Below, piece after piece: positions 42,401 through 51,064 of a DNA stretch of 64,000 bases. The DNA is taken from the IMG/VR virus record IMGVR_UViG_3300030060_007958, positions 15,607-79,606 of that record; one strand, given 5' to 3'. This DNA comes from a virus. Each line of letters opens with the position of its first letter. Position 1 is the first letter of the stretch. A program made the position numbers and the translations under genes. The notes below the pieces were generated by a model. It was not told the DNA's origin. It searched no databases and was given only the letters and a program-made list of their open reading frames with translations.

Positions 42401-42641
42401 GGCAATTAGATTATCTCTCTTGAGTGTGTCTAGCCTACCAAAGGGAGATGTTTTCATTCTGGACGAACCGGGAACGGCTCTGGATGAGGAAAACATGCAA
42501 GGTTTTTCTGATATCTTATCTATTATTAAAACTTATTTTAAAAAAGTACTATTGATATCACACCTTGATGCCCTTAAGGACTGTGTTGATATGCAAGTCA
42601 CGATTGATAAAAAAGATGGTTACGCATCTGTAAATATTTAA
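39486..42641 (+). CDS. Fused SbcD/Mre11 nuclease and SbcC/Rad50 ATPase (gp47-gp46-like), TTG start
   Basis: DTH, GDIAH, GNHD and GDIH phosphoesterase motifs; Walker A GKNFSGKS; long coiled coil; SGAE signature; ILDEP; ISH; SD aggag. Confidence 0.9.
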   Translation: MKFAHIADTHIKNLKYHYEYGVVFEKMYNILKEEKPDYIIHCGDIAHTKTQISPEFVEMCTHFFRNLADIAPTYIILGNHDGNLKNSSRQDALTPVAEALNHPELYLLKNAGEVHLNDSVAINVLSVFDEDNWVKPSDPEKINIALYHGSISGVKTDTGFIMEHGEHAIDIFEGHDYGFLGDIHKTNQILDEEGRIRYCGSTVQQNHGETNDKGFLIWNIQDKENYTCRHVELKNPRPFVTINLTPKGKMPKGLDIPENSRLRLISENNLPLNVMKRAKEIAKRRFNPESLSYLNRAAGQRGDVSGTTNGLGIEDLRDIEIQEKLIKEYLEGFELEADLEKRVLDLNLKYNKLAEDNEEIARNINWKLHSLEFDNLFNYGEKNSINFENMEGIIGIFGKNFSGKSSIIDSLLWLIFNSTSKNDRKTLNVINQNKESCGGKVKLSIDDLEYTIDRNAEKYTKKLKGETTLEARAAVDFKVYCPMDEDQQGLNGNTRNETDKNIRKIFGTLEDFLYSSMASQLDSLSFIKEGSTKRKEILAKFLDLQFFEKKFKLAKDDAADTRGALRKLEDRDFNNEILEARMDLSESEEVLSKQKTKCQESQSASDLCSRRIAEIESKINAIPAEIVDVVSVRGNLRDKNEQLISIQEEIKDLIKQKVKAESDYKDIIEFLKKYDKEALFAKKQKIDELNKNVKSASGLLREENNELSRNKKKVTLLDGIPCSTALHPKCKFIKDAYSSKALIPINENRVEEYQSNLQILKKEIEDINPRKIEQTINGYLKIVNEKDNLSNQITTYGLKIEKNKSCVTNLNNEIEKLEKELELYEENKEAIENLESLNSELRKNKIDQSRAKKNAEDCHVKILNLYKIVGSLEEKIKNLEQQKSSLENLKEEFSAYDLYMQCMHPNGIAFDVIRKKLPVINEEIAKILSNIVDFEVFFEDDGKRLDIFIKHPQYDPRPLEMGSGAEKTIAAMAIRLSLLSVSSLPKGDVFILDEPGTALDEENMQGFSDILSIIKTYFKKVLLISHLDALKDCVDMQVTIDKKDGYASVNI

Positions 42642-42651
42642 GGAGAAAAAA

Positions 42652-42846
42652 ATGACTGAAATGGCAAGAGGTGCCGTCGACAAGGTTTTAGAAAAGGTAG
42701 TTTCTCGCAAACTTCTTGTCTGGGCCACAGCAACGGCACTTATGTTTAACGCAACGATTGATAGTAGTGATTGGCTTATTTTAAGTGCGCTTTATATTGG
42801 CGGCCAATCCGTTATTGACGCTATTGTCAAGCTAAAAGGTCTCTAA
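42652..42846 (+). CDS. Putative holin
   Basis: 64 aa, two hydrophobic helices, SRKLLVW motif, strong SD. Confidence 0.5.
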   Translation: MTEMARGAVDKVLEKVVSRKLLVWATATALMFNATIDSSDWLILSALYIGGQSVIDAIVKLKGL

Positions 42847-42847
42847 G

Positions 42848-43249
42848 TTGATTAACGTCGATTTAGGCGAAGCATTTAAGGCAATCGGAGCTTTTGTAGC
42901 CAAAAACTGGCAAACATTGGCTCTGATCGCCTTTATTGTTTTCTTTTTTCTTTCCAAAAATGATTATGGCGCACTTAAAAAATCAATGGAAGTTATGACG
43001 GTTAGTTACCAAGAGCAACTTGCAACAATGGAAAGGCTACACCAGAAAGAGCTGAAGCTTCGAGAGGAATCAATTGCGAAGTACGAAAAGGAAATTGCTG
43101 ATCTGACAACAAAATATGACAGTGCTATAGAAGATCTTCAGAAATCTAAAGAAAGAGAAATTAATAGAATCGAGAGGGACTTCGAAGAGCAACCAGAACA
43201 GCTTGCAGAAGAAATAGAAAATCAATTTGGGTTTAGTTATGTTGAATAG
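42848..43249 (+). CDS. Putative inner-membrane spanin (Rz-like)
   Basis: N-terminal TM (WQTLALIAFIVFFFL) plus long coiled coil; follows the holin-like gene. Confidence 0.5.
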   Translation: MINVDLGEAFKAIGAFVAKNWQTLALIAFIVFFFLSKNDYGALKKSMEVMTVSYQEQLATMERLHQKELKLREESIAKYEKEIADLTTKYDSAIEDLQKSKEREINRIERDFEEQPEQLAEEIENQFGFSYVE

Positions 43250-43673
43250 AATATTTTTATTTTTGTTTGTGCTGATTTGTTGTGATAATGCAGTTGCTTC
43301 CGAAGGAAAATTCACATTCATCCAGAAGGGAACTCAAGCACCCTTCACAGGCACCCTGTTTGACCCGACAGCAACGGCAAAAATCATGGCCAATAGGAAG
43401 TTCCTAAAAGAAGAGTTCGAGCTTAAGCTGGCCTTTGAGCTACAAAAAAGACAAAAACAATTTGATTTAGACCTTGCTCAAATCAATATTACTTTAAATA
43501 CCGAAAGAGAAGGTTTTCAAAAAACCCTAGAAGTTAAAAATAAAGAGATCGAGCAACTAAATAGAATTATAGCAAAGAAGCCCGGAACCAACACATTAGT
43601 ATGGGGAATCATTGGCGGATTTGCAGTCGGCGTTGCAACAACTGTCGGGATAACTTACGCGGTGAACAAATGA
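43239..43673 (+). CDS. Putative spanin partner (signal peptide, coiled coil, C-terminal TM)
   Basis: MLNRIFLFLFVLICC signal-like N-terminus; LVWGIIGGFAVGVATTVGITYAV C-terminal helix; overlaps the upstream gene. Confidence 0.45.
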   Translation: MLNRIFLFLFVLICCDNAVASEGKFTFIQKGTQAPFTGTLFDPTATAKIMANRKFLKEEFELKLAFELQKRQKQFDLDLAQINITLNTEREGFQKTLEVKNKEIEQLNRIIAKKPGTNTLVWGIIGGFAVGVATTVGITYAVNK

Positions 43674-44062
43674 AGAAAGATTTAAATGAAATAGCCAGAT
43701 ATGAAATGGCTATTTCCAAGAAATATGGAAAAGATGCAATTCAACATCCAAAGGTCAATTGGGATGAAGAAAAAGAGGCCGCATATCAACAACAAATCAA
43801 GGAATTATATAAAAAAGAAAAAAACATTTCTCAAAAAATAGAAAAAATAGAAATCGATGGAATTTTAATTTCTAAAAAACTATTTAATAAAGATAACAAT
43901 AGAAATTGTCCTGTTTGTCAAACCTATTCTTTCGAATTAAGAGATGACGTATATATGGCAAAATTTGATTGTTGCTTTAAATGCTACATACAATGGGTCG
44001 AAGGCCGAGAGGCGCGGTGGAATACCGGATGGCGACCGGGAGATAAAAATGAAAATCACTAA
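43670..44062 (+). CDS. Hypothetical zinc-binding protein
   Basis: CPVC...CCFKC; ATGA overlap with the upstream gene. Confidence 0.6.
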   Translation: MKKDLNEIARYEMAISKKYGKDAIQHPKVNWDEEKEAAYQQQIKELYKKEKNISQKIEKIEIDGILISKKLFNKDNNRNCPVCQTYSFELRDDVYMAKFDCCFKCYIQWVEGREARWNTGWRPGDKNENH

Positions 44063-44642
44063 ATCAAGATTAATACAAATTATTAAAGAAGAAATTCAAG
44101 CTATTCAAGAGCAACTTCCCCCCGAAGATGCTATGGATGCCTTTGGTCAGAGTCTGTCTGGTGGGACAGCCACTATTGACGGCGAAGAGTCGACCCTAGA
44201 TAGGATAGAAGAGCCTGAAACTCAAGCGATTCTTGATATCATTGGATATTTAAAGGATCCCCAGTCAATTCCATCCTCGTCAGGCCCTCGCGCCCCAGAA
44301 GGCAAGGATTTGGTAGATCAGTATATCAAGCTAAACAAAATTGAGGGCGAAAAAGCAGATAAAATATATGACGACGTTATGGACGTACTTTCACAAATCG
44401 CAGAACCCTTCAGAAACTTAAAGCAGGGAGTTGATATTGGTGATACACCTTGGCCTTCATTCACTCAAGCACTCTATATGTTGAGGAGAAGAGCAAAAGG
44501 ATCTGCAATTGCTTTAGAACTAGCAAACCACGTAATTCAAACTATTACCAATCGAGCAGAAACAGCCGGTGACGCAGGTAAAGGAAATTACGGAGTTGGC
44601 GGCTCAGTGCCTCTTAAAAATATTGAAGGAGGCCTTTCATAA
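44049..44642 (+). CDS. Hypothetical protein, possible internal head protein
   Basis: SD gggag; MKITKSRLIQIIKEEI leader; late motif at 43879. Confidence 0.55.
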   Translation: MKITKSRLIQIIKEEIQAIQEQLPPEDAMDAFGQSLSGGTATIDGEESTLDRIEEPETQAILDIIGYLKDPQSIPSSSGPRAPEGKDLVDQYIKLNKIEGEKADKIYDDVMDVLSQIAEPFRNLKQGVDIGDTPWPSFTQALYMLRRRAKGSAIALELANHVIQTITNRAETAGDAGKGNYGVGGSVPLKNIEGGLS

Positions 44643-45151
44643 TGGCTACAACATTGGAAATTATTCAGGGGATTAATCAGGCTGCAGCAAACGCCTATGA
44701 TGGCGCGCATGATCAGAGATTCGTTTCCGGAGACCCTAAAGAAATTGGCCTAAGCCGTGAAGAAGGCTGCTCCATTATGGACAGTAGAGTAATTGACGGA
44801 TTTGGCGTAAAAATCATTGGCGACATGCTGCAGATAAATTATGAGGCCGACATTAAATTAAAAGATGTATATGCTAATGGTTTTGAAGAAGAATGTGAAA
44901 GAAGAATCGCATCAATTGCAGATTTCTTGAAAAAAGAATTTAAATTAATAGTGGGATCAACCCTAAGTCTAACTCCCCAAGGCGAGTGTAAGTGCTTGGT
45001 GCAAAACACATCCCGCGTCAGAACATTTGTTATAGCACACAGACTATATAAAATTAATGGCATGAAGGGAGTTGAAACGCTAGGGGAGTCCATCGTCGAC
45101 CCGATTGATGTAAAGTATCAAAAATTTTTAAAAGAAGGCTCATTCAAGTAA
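44642..45151 (+). CDS. Hypothetical protein
   Basis: SD ggagg; TAATG coupling; directly upstream of terL. Confidence 0.6.
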   Translation: MATTLEIIQGINQAAANAYDGAHDQRFVSGDPKEIGLSREEGCSIMDSRVIDGFGVKIIGDMLQINYEADIKLKDVYANGFEEECERRIASIADFLKKEFKLIVGSTLSLTPQGECKCLVQNTSRVRTFVIAHRLYKINGMKGVETLGESIVDPIDVKYQKFLKEGSFK

Positions 45152-45159
45152 GAAAATAA

Positions 45160-46749
45160 ATGTCCTACACACTATCCAAAAAAGAGATAGTAGCTGAAAT
45201 ATTAAAATGCGGGAAAAACCCTGTGTATTTTATTGATAACTACGCCAGAATCTCTCACCCTATCGACGGATTGATACCTTTTAAAACGTATCCGTATCAG
45301 GCCGACTTACTGCAAGACTTTAACAATTATCGTTTTAACGTAATTCTTAAGGCGCGCCAGTTAGGTATCTCAACCATCGCTGCAGCGTATGTTGTGTGGT
45401 TGATGCTTTTTCACCGCGACAAGAATATTCTTGTTATGGCTACAAAATTCAAAACCGCTTCTAACCTAGTTAAGAAAGTTAAGGCTATTATGAAAAACTT
45501 GCCAGAGTGGATTGTAATTTCTGAAATCTCCATCGACAACAGGTCTTCTTTCGAACTTTCTAATGGATCTCAAATTCAAGCAGCTTCTACTTCTGGCGAT
45601 GCCGGTCGTTCAGAGGCTCTTTCTCTTTTGGTCATCGATGAGGCCGCCCACGTTGAAAACTTAGATGAGCTATGGGCAGGTCTTTATCCTACCATCTCTA
45701 CGGGTGGTCGAGTTATCGCCCTAAGTACTCCCAATGGTGTCGGTAACTGGTTCCACAAGACATATTCAGAAGCTGCAGAAGGAACAAATGATTTTCATCC
45801 CATAAATTTGCCTTGGGATGTGCATCCAGATAGAGACCAGCAATGGTTTGACAAAGAAACTCGGAACATGTCCCGACGCGAGATAGCCCAAGAGCTTGAA
45901 TGTAATTTTAATACTTCTGGTGAATCAGTCATTCACCCTGACGACATCGCTTGGATAGAAAGCACAGTTTGTGAGCCAAAATATAAAACTGGTTTTGATA
46001 GGAACTTGTGGATTTGGGAACAATATCAGCCGGATTGTAATTATTTACTTGTAGCTGACGTTGCCAGAGGTGACGGAGCTGACTATTCAGTCTTTCATAT
46101 CGTAAAATTAGAAACTATGGAGATAGTAGCGGAATATCAAGGTAAGCCTAACTTAGATATGTATGCAAATATTCTCATGCAATCCGGCAAAGAGTTCGGA
46201 AACTGCCTGTTGGTTGTGGAAAACGTAGGCATTGGCATATCTATCTTAGAAAAGTTGATAGATCTTCAATATCCTAATATATATTACTCTGTAAAAGGTA
46301 CTCATGAATTCATTGATGGCTATCAAGCCGAATCAAACAATTCAGCAGTGCCCGGATTCACCACGTCTTCCAAAACACGACCATTAATCGTCGCAAAATT
46401 AGAAGAATTCATTAGAAACAAACTAATTAAGGTATACTCGGTTCGTTTTTCGAATGAATTACGAACTTTTATTTGGCACAATGGCAAACCTCAAGCGATG
46501 AGAGGGTATAATGACGACCTAACAATGGCGTTAGCAATCGCATGTTGGGTCCGAGACACAGCACTCACCGTGAATCAAAGAGAAGCAGATTACAAAAAGG
46601 CATGTTTAAATTCAATAATTAAAGTCGATACGAAAGTTAACACCACAATCCCCGGAATGCAGGGGTATAACAGAAAAGAAGCTCTAGACGATAAAATGTT
46701 TCAAGCCAAACAGGATTATTCAAAATATTCATGGCTAATTAAAGGATAG
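45160..46749 (+). CDS. terL: Terminase large subunit, gp17-like
   Basis: KARQLGIST Walker A variant, LLVIDEAAH Walker B, STPNG, QELEC.F, ADVARG.G.DYS, NDDL nuclease motifs. Confidence 0.95.
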   Translation: MSYTLSKKEIVAEILKCGKNPVYFIDNYARISHPIDGLIPFKTYPYQADLLQDFNNYRFNVILKARQLGISTIAAAYVVWLMLFHRDKNILVMATKFKTASNLVKKVKAIMKNLPEWIVISEISIDNRSSFELSNGSQIQAASTSGDAGRSEALSLLVIDEAAHVENLDELWAGLYPTISTGGRVIALSTPNGVGNWFHKTYSEAAEGTNDFHPINLPWDVHPDRDQQWFDKETRNMSRREIAQELECNFNTSGESVIHPDDIAWIESTVCEPKYKTGFDRNLWIWEQYQPDCNYLLVADVARGDGADYSVFHIVKLETMEIVAEYQGKPNLDMYANILMQSGKEFGNCLLVVENVGIGISILEKLIDLQYPNIYYSVKGTHEFIDGYQAESNNSAVPGFTTSSKTRPLIVAKLEEFIRNKLIKVYSVRFSNELRTFIWHNGKPQAMRGYNDDLTMALAIACWVRDTALTVNQREADYKKACLNSIIKVDTKVNTTIPGMQGYNRKEALDDKMFQAKQDYSKYSWLIKG

Positions 46750-46752
46750 AAA

Positions 46753-48726
46753 ATGGCAGATAAGAAAAAAAACCCCAACAATCCCCAATCACAATTATTT
46801 AGAAGCCTAACGAGGTTATTCTCTGGTCCAATTGTTAATTGGCGAACCCAAATGAATAGGAAAATTCGAAGAACTTCATTGGATAAATATGCCACACAGT
46901 TTCGCTCTGCATCGGGACAACAGTTCAGAAGAGCGGAATATTCTCCGTTCGATGTAATGCAATCTAAAATAATGGCCCAGCAAAACCGAGCCGAGAGATA
47001 TGTGGATTATGAACAAATGGAATATATGCCAGAAATCGCTTCCGCATTAGATATTTATGCAGATGAAATGACTACTCATTCGGCATTATCTCCAATGATG
47101 GATATTGTTTGCCCAAATGAAGAGATAAGAGCCATTCTTAAATCTTTATATGAAAACGTATTAAATTTAGATCACAATCTGTTTGGATGGTGTCGATCAA
47201 TGTGTAAATTCGGGGATTTTATACTTTATCTTGATATTGACGAGAGATTCGGAATCAAGAGTGTAATCCCGGTTCCCTTGAGGGAAGTAGAGAGGCTGGA
47301 GGGTGAAGATCCCACAAATCCAAATTATGTACAATATCAATGGAATTCCGCAGGAATGACATTTGAAAATTGGCAAGTGGCCCACTTTAGAATATTGGGG
47401 AATGATAAATATTCACCATACGGAACTTCCGTTTTGGATGCATCTCGCCGTATCTGGCGACAATTAGTCTTAATGGAAGATGCAATGATGGCTTACAGGA
47501 TAGTTCGCTCTTCAGAAAGAAGGGTGTTTTATATTGATGTTGGTAATATCGCCCCCCAAGATGTTGAAAATTTTGTTCAAAAAACCATAACTTCTATGAA
47601 AAGAAATCAGGTGGTTGATGCCAATACGGGAAGAGTCGACCTCAGATATAACCCGCTGTCGGTAGAAGAGGATTATTTCATTCCAGTAAGGGGTGGAGAA
47701 TCATCCAAAATTGATACCCTATCCGGAGGCCAATTTACCGGAGACATCGATGACGTGAAATATCTTAGAGATAAAATGTTTTCAGCATTGAAAATCCCAG
47801 CAGCATACTTATCTAATGGCGACGAGGGTGGCACTGAAGACAAGACAACATTAGCGCAGAAAGATGTGAGATTTGCTAGGACAATTCAAAGATTGCAGCG
47901 TGCAGTAATATCCGAGTTGGAAAAGATTGGCATTATTCATCTCTATACTTTGGGATTCACAGGGGATGATCTTGTTAGTTTTAGATTAAGGTTGAATAAC
48001 CCTTCTAAAATTGCAGAGCTTCAGGAGCTTGAGCATTGGAAGCAAAAATTTGACATCGCAGGTGGCGCAACAGAAAATTTCTTTTCTAGACGCTGGATCG
48101 CGCAAAATATTTTTAGTCTTTCAGAAGAGGAATTTGTTAGAAATCAGAGAGAAATGTTCCACGATAGAAAATACGAGGCTGAATTGAATGCTGCCGCAGA
48201 AGCAGCAGGAGAGGCCGCAGCAGGACAATTCGGCGGAGAAGCCGATTCTGGCTTGGATTTGGGTGGAGATGACCCAACCTCCGATGAGGGAGGAGATCTG
48301 GACCTTGGCGACGACGATGAAGGGGGATTAGACCTTGATCTCGGCGGAGACACTGACTTAGAAGATGCTCCGGCAGAAGACGAACCACTATTAGCAGCAC
48401 CAGCCAAGAGAAGAGATGAGAGGGGAAGAACCATGACGACTACTGCAAAATCAAAGAGTTATTATACACCCAAGTCTCACGGTCGTGGCGGAGACAACAG
48501 GTCCGGAAGACAACAAAGTTATTTGTCAACAGCAATACCGAAGCCCAAAGACATCATCCCCGGAACATCTGACTTAAAAAGTCTTTCTAGAGGAATTTAC
48601 GAGGAAAAACAGACTATTTATGATAAAGAGGAAAATGATATATTCCGCATTAGTAGCGAAGTCAGAAATTTAATTTCAGAACTAGAAGAAAAAATGGAGA
48701 CAAAATTAAATGAAAATGAAGCATAA
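46753..48726 (+). CDS. Portal protein, gp20-like
   Basis: PEIASALDIYADE, LMEDAMMAYRIVR..ERRVFYIDVGN, EEDYFIPVRG, IDTL.GG, DVKY. Confidence 0.95.
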   Translation: MADKKKNPNNPQSQLFRSLTRLFSGPIVNWRTQMNRKIRRTSLDKYATQFRSASGQQFRRAEYSPFDVMQSKIMAQQNRAERYVDYEQMEYMPEIASALDIYADEMTTHSALSPMMDIVCPNEEIRAILKSLYENVLNLDHNLFGWCRSMCKFGDFILYLDIDERFGIKSVIPVPLREVERLEGEDPTNPNYVQYQWNSAGMTFENWQVAHFRILGNDKYSPYGTSVLDASRRIWRQLVLMEDAMMAYRIVRSSERRVFYIDVGNIAPQDVENFVQKTITSMKRNQVVDANTGRVDLRYNPLSVEEDYFIPVRGGESSKIDTLSGGQFTGDIDDVKYLRDKMFSALKIPAAYLSNGDEGGTEDKTTLAQKDVRFARTIQRLQRAVISELEKIGIIHLYTLGFTGDDLVSFRLRLNNPSKIAELQELEHWKQKFDIAGGATENFFSRRWIAQNIFSLSEEEFVRNQREMFHDRKYEAELNAAAEAAGEAAAGQFGGEADSGLDLGGDDPTSDEGGDLDLGDDDEGGLDLDLGGDTDLEDAPAEDEPLLAAPAKRRDERGRTMTTTAKSKSYYTPKSHGRGGDNRSGRQQSYLSTAIPKPKDIIPGTSDLKSLSRGIYEEKQTIYDKEENDIFRISSEVRNLISELEEKMETKLNENEA

Positions 48727-49528
48727 TAAAAAGCGCAACACTGCTTTTATTTACGAAGCAATCATTCGCGAGTTGGCAAAAGCAATTCACGAAAATAATG
48801 AGATAAAGAAAAAGACGATCATCAAACTCATTCGAGAGTCGTTTAGTTCTACAACTCTGATGGGGAAAGATCTAGATCTGTATAAATCAATATTGGAGAC
48901 AAAAGACGTCGACAAATATACAGCTGAAAAAATAGTTTTTCAATCAAGAATTCAAAAAAATGCTCTAAATCACAAGAAGCTCTTTGTAGAACAAAGTGAA
49001 TTTATCGAAACAATTAATAAAAATATATCTCCAGATGTTTTTTCTAATTTTGTCCCTAATTTTAAAGATTTGGCGACAATTTTTCAAATATTTCATCCAA
49101 AAACTAAAACAAAAAATCGAGTTTTGCTGGAAAGCCAAGTTATCGAAAAGATGATATCAGGAACTCAACAAAAACAGTCAGATTTGAAGCCGATTGACAA
49201 CCTGACATACAAAACATTTGTAAATAAGTTTAATGAAAAATATACTTCTGCATTAATCAAGGAACAGAAGGAGTTATTATCTAAATTTATTGGATCTTTT
49301 TCGGACAATGGGGTAGAATTAAAAATTTATCTTAATGAAGAAATACCGAGACTCTTTAGAATAATATCAGAGTCCAAAAACTCGCCGGAAATAAAGTCCG
49401 ACTTGGAAATGCTTAACAAGACAAACAGGGTTATTGAGATTCTTAAGAAGTTTGATCAGCGTCCTTTTGATAAAGAGATGATACATGACGTTCTAAGTAT
49501 CCAAAGACTGGCTATGGAGTTGGATTAA
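48710..49528 (+). CDS. Hypothetical head-module protein
   Basis: SD ggag; late motif at 48613; between portal and protease. Confidence 0.6.
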   Translation: MKMKHNKKRNTAFIYEAIIRELAKAIHENNEIKKKTIIKLIRESFSSTTLMGKDLDLYKSILETKDVDKYTAEKIVFQSRIQKNALNHKKLFVEQSEFIETINKNISPDVFSNFVPNFKDLATIFQIFHPKTKTKNRVLLESQVIEKMISGTQQKQSDLKPIDNLTYKTFVNKFNEKYTSALIKEQKELLSKFIGSFSDNGVELKIYLNEEIPRLFRIISESKNSPEIKSDLEMLNKTNRVIEILKKFDQRPFDKEMIHDVLSIQRLAMELD

Positions 49529-50079
49529 TGCCTATAACTTTAAAAATCGAGAAAGGAGAGCAAACCGAAGTTGTCACTCTGGAGATGAAGGCTCGAAAAA
49601 CACTAGATGGCAATATTATGATCTTTGATCATGAGGAGATGGACATTGTACTGATGCCAACAAAGAGTAAAATAGTTACTTTTGCCAAAAATGACTTTTC
49701 AGAAACGGTTTATAGCGCACAAAATAGATTATTTGAATTTTTAAAGAGAAAGGGTGTCGTAGATTTTCAATCAATTCAAGGAGGTAGTGTATATGGCTCC
49801 TTAGAGGGTATAATTCCTGTCTCAATGAATGAAAATATAAACTCAATTGATTACGCCATATACGGAGTATATAAATTTTTAAAAGAAGAGCGTCCATATT
49901 ACAATTACATGGAAGACTATGAGCAGATGCTGGATGATTACTTCACAGAACCAGACGAAAAAGACTCTACAGAGCTTGGCGAGGTTCCCCAAGCTTCCGA
50001 AAAGGGGTCTATCAGGCCGGGATATAATTATGAGCCTTATTGGATGAGCTACATGTTGGAAAATAAAGAGAGGAAGTAG
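49528..50079 (+). CDS. Hypothetical head-module protein
   Basis: SD ggag; TAATG coupling. Confidence 0.6.
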   Translation: MPITLKIEKGEQTEVVTLEMKARKTLDGNIMIFDHEEMDIVLMPTKSKIVTFAKNDFSETVYSAQNRLFEFLKRKGVVDFQSIQGGSVYGSLEGIIPVSMNENINSIDYAIYGVYKFLKEERPYYNYMEDYEQMLDDYFTEPDEKDSTELGEVPQASEKGSIRPGYNYEPYWMSYMLENKERK

Positions 50080-50378
50080 TGTCTCTACTCTATTTTATTT
50101 TAGCGTGCTACGGAATGACACAACTGCTTTGCTATGGAAGAATATTTCACAGAATTAGACCAAGAGGATACTTTTGGTCTTGTCCTATGTGCATCGGCTT
50201 CTGGGTAGGAGTATTTTTATGTGGCATTAATCCATTCACAGAACTATTTATATTTGAGCTTACAGTTGCAAACTTTTTGATTTGTGGTTGCATAAGTTCT
50301 GGAACATCATATATATTGAATATGATTTTTGCTGATTCGGGTATAAAACTCGATATAAAGGAAGGTAGACATGTTTAG
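50079..50378 (+). CDS. Small membrane protein, DUF1360-like (GTG start)
   Basis: Hydrophobic helices with a CPMCIGFWVG motif. Confidence 0.55.
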   Translation: MSLLYFILACYGMTQLLCYGRIFHRIRPRGYFWSCPMCIGFWVGVFLCGINPFTELFIFELTVANFLICGCISSGTSYILNMIFADSGIKLDIKEGRHV

Positions 50379-50424
50379 AAGATGGATGCTAAGAGGCGTA
50401 AGGCGTTGTAAAAACGGTTGCTGA
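50371..50424 (+). CDS. Putative 17-aa basic Cys peptide MFRRWMLRGVRRCKNGC (not in the ORF track)
   Basis: SD-like aaggaagg; ATG overlaps the upstream stop; fills the gap before the protease gene. Confidence 0.4.
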   Translation: MFRRWMLRGVRRCKNGC

Positions 50425-50446
50425 CTACTTTAAGAGGAATTGAAAA

Positions 50447-51064
50447 ATGTCAAAAGTTTTATTAAGAGAGTATTATGCTCTATGCGAGGGTGGAGTCTGT
50501 CAAGACTTACTAACCGAAGCAGAAAAGAGAGATATTAAAGAAAATAATGCCATGTATCTTACTGGTTTAATGCAGCAATGCGAAGTAAAAAATGGAAACG
50601 GGCGAGTATATCCCGAAAAAGTTCTTATGAGGGAGGTAGAAACCTACAAAAAACTTGTAAAAGAGAAGAGGGCCCTTGGAGAATTAGATCACCCGGACGA
50701 TTCTGTCATTAATTTAAAAAACGCATCTCACATGGTTACAAACATATGGTGTGAGGGTCCAAAGGTCATGGGCACTGTAAAAATTCTTGGTACTCCTTCT
50801 GGAAATATCTTGAGGTCTTTAGTTGAAAGCGGCTGTCAATTAGGCATTTCATCACGCGGGCTTGGATCAGTGAGAGAGGACATGAGTGGCGGGGTCGTCG
50901 TAGAAGAAGATTTTCAGCTTATATGTTTCGACTTTGTATCCGAACCATCCACTCCAAATGCATTTATGAATTTGCAAGAAGGCAAAACATATAATGAACC
51001 AAATATTTTCACAAAAGCAGATAAAATCAATCGCGCACTAAATAATATTTTGAGGAACAAATGA
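50447..51064 (+). CDS. Prohead maturation protease, gp21-like
   Basis: NGNGRVYP, GELDHP (His), GISSRGLGS (Ser), DFVSEPST. Confidence 0.93.
   Translation: MSKVLLREYYALCEGGVCQDLLTEAEKRDIKENNAMYLTGLMQQCEVKNGNGRVYPEKVLMREVETYKKLVKEKRALGELDHPDDSVINLKNASHMVTNIWCEGPKVMGTVKILGTPSGNILRSLVESGCQLGISSRGLGSVREDMSGGVVVEEDFQLICFDFVSEPSTPNAFMNLQEGKTYNEPNIFTKADKINRALNNILRNK

Noticed and set aside
45160-46749. Intein or intron in terminase, primase or portal
   Set aside because: Normal lengths with contiguous motifs; no intein or homing-endonuclease signatures
48170-48410. Tandem DNA repeat or mobile insertion in the portal gene
   Set aside because: The repetition is at amino-acid level with varied codons, consistent with a low-complexity linker
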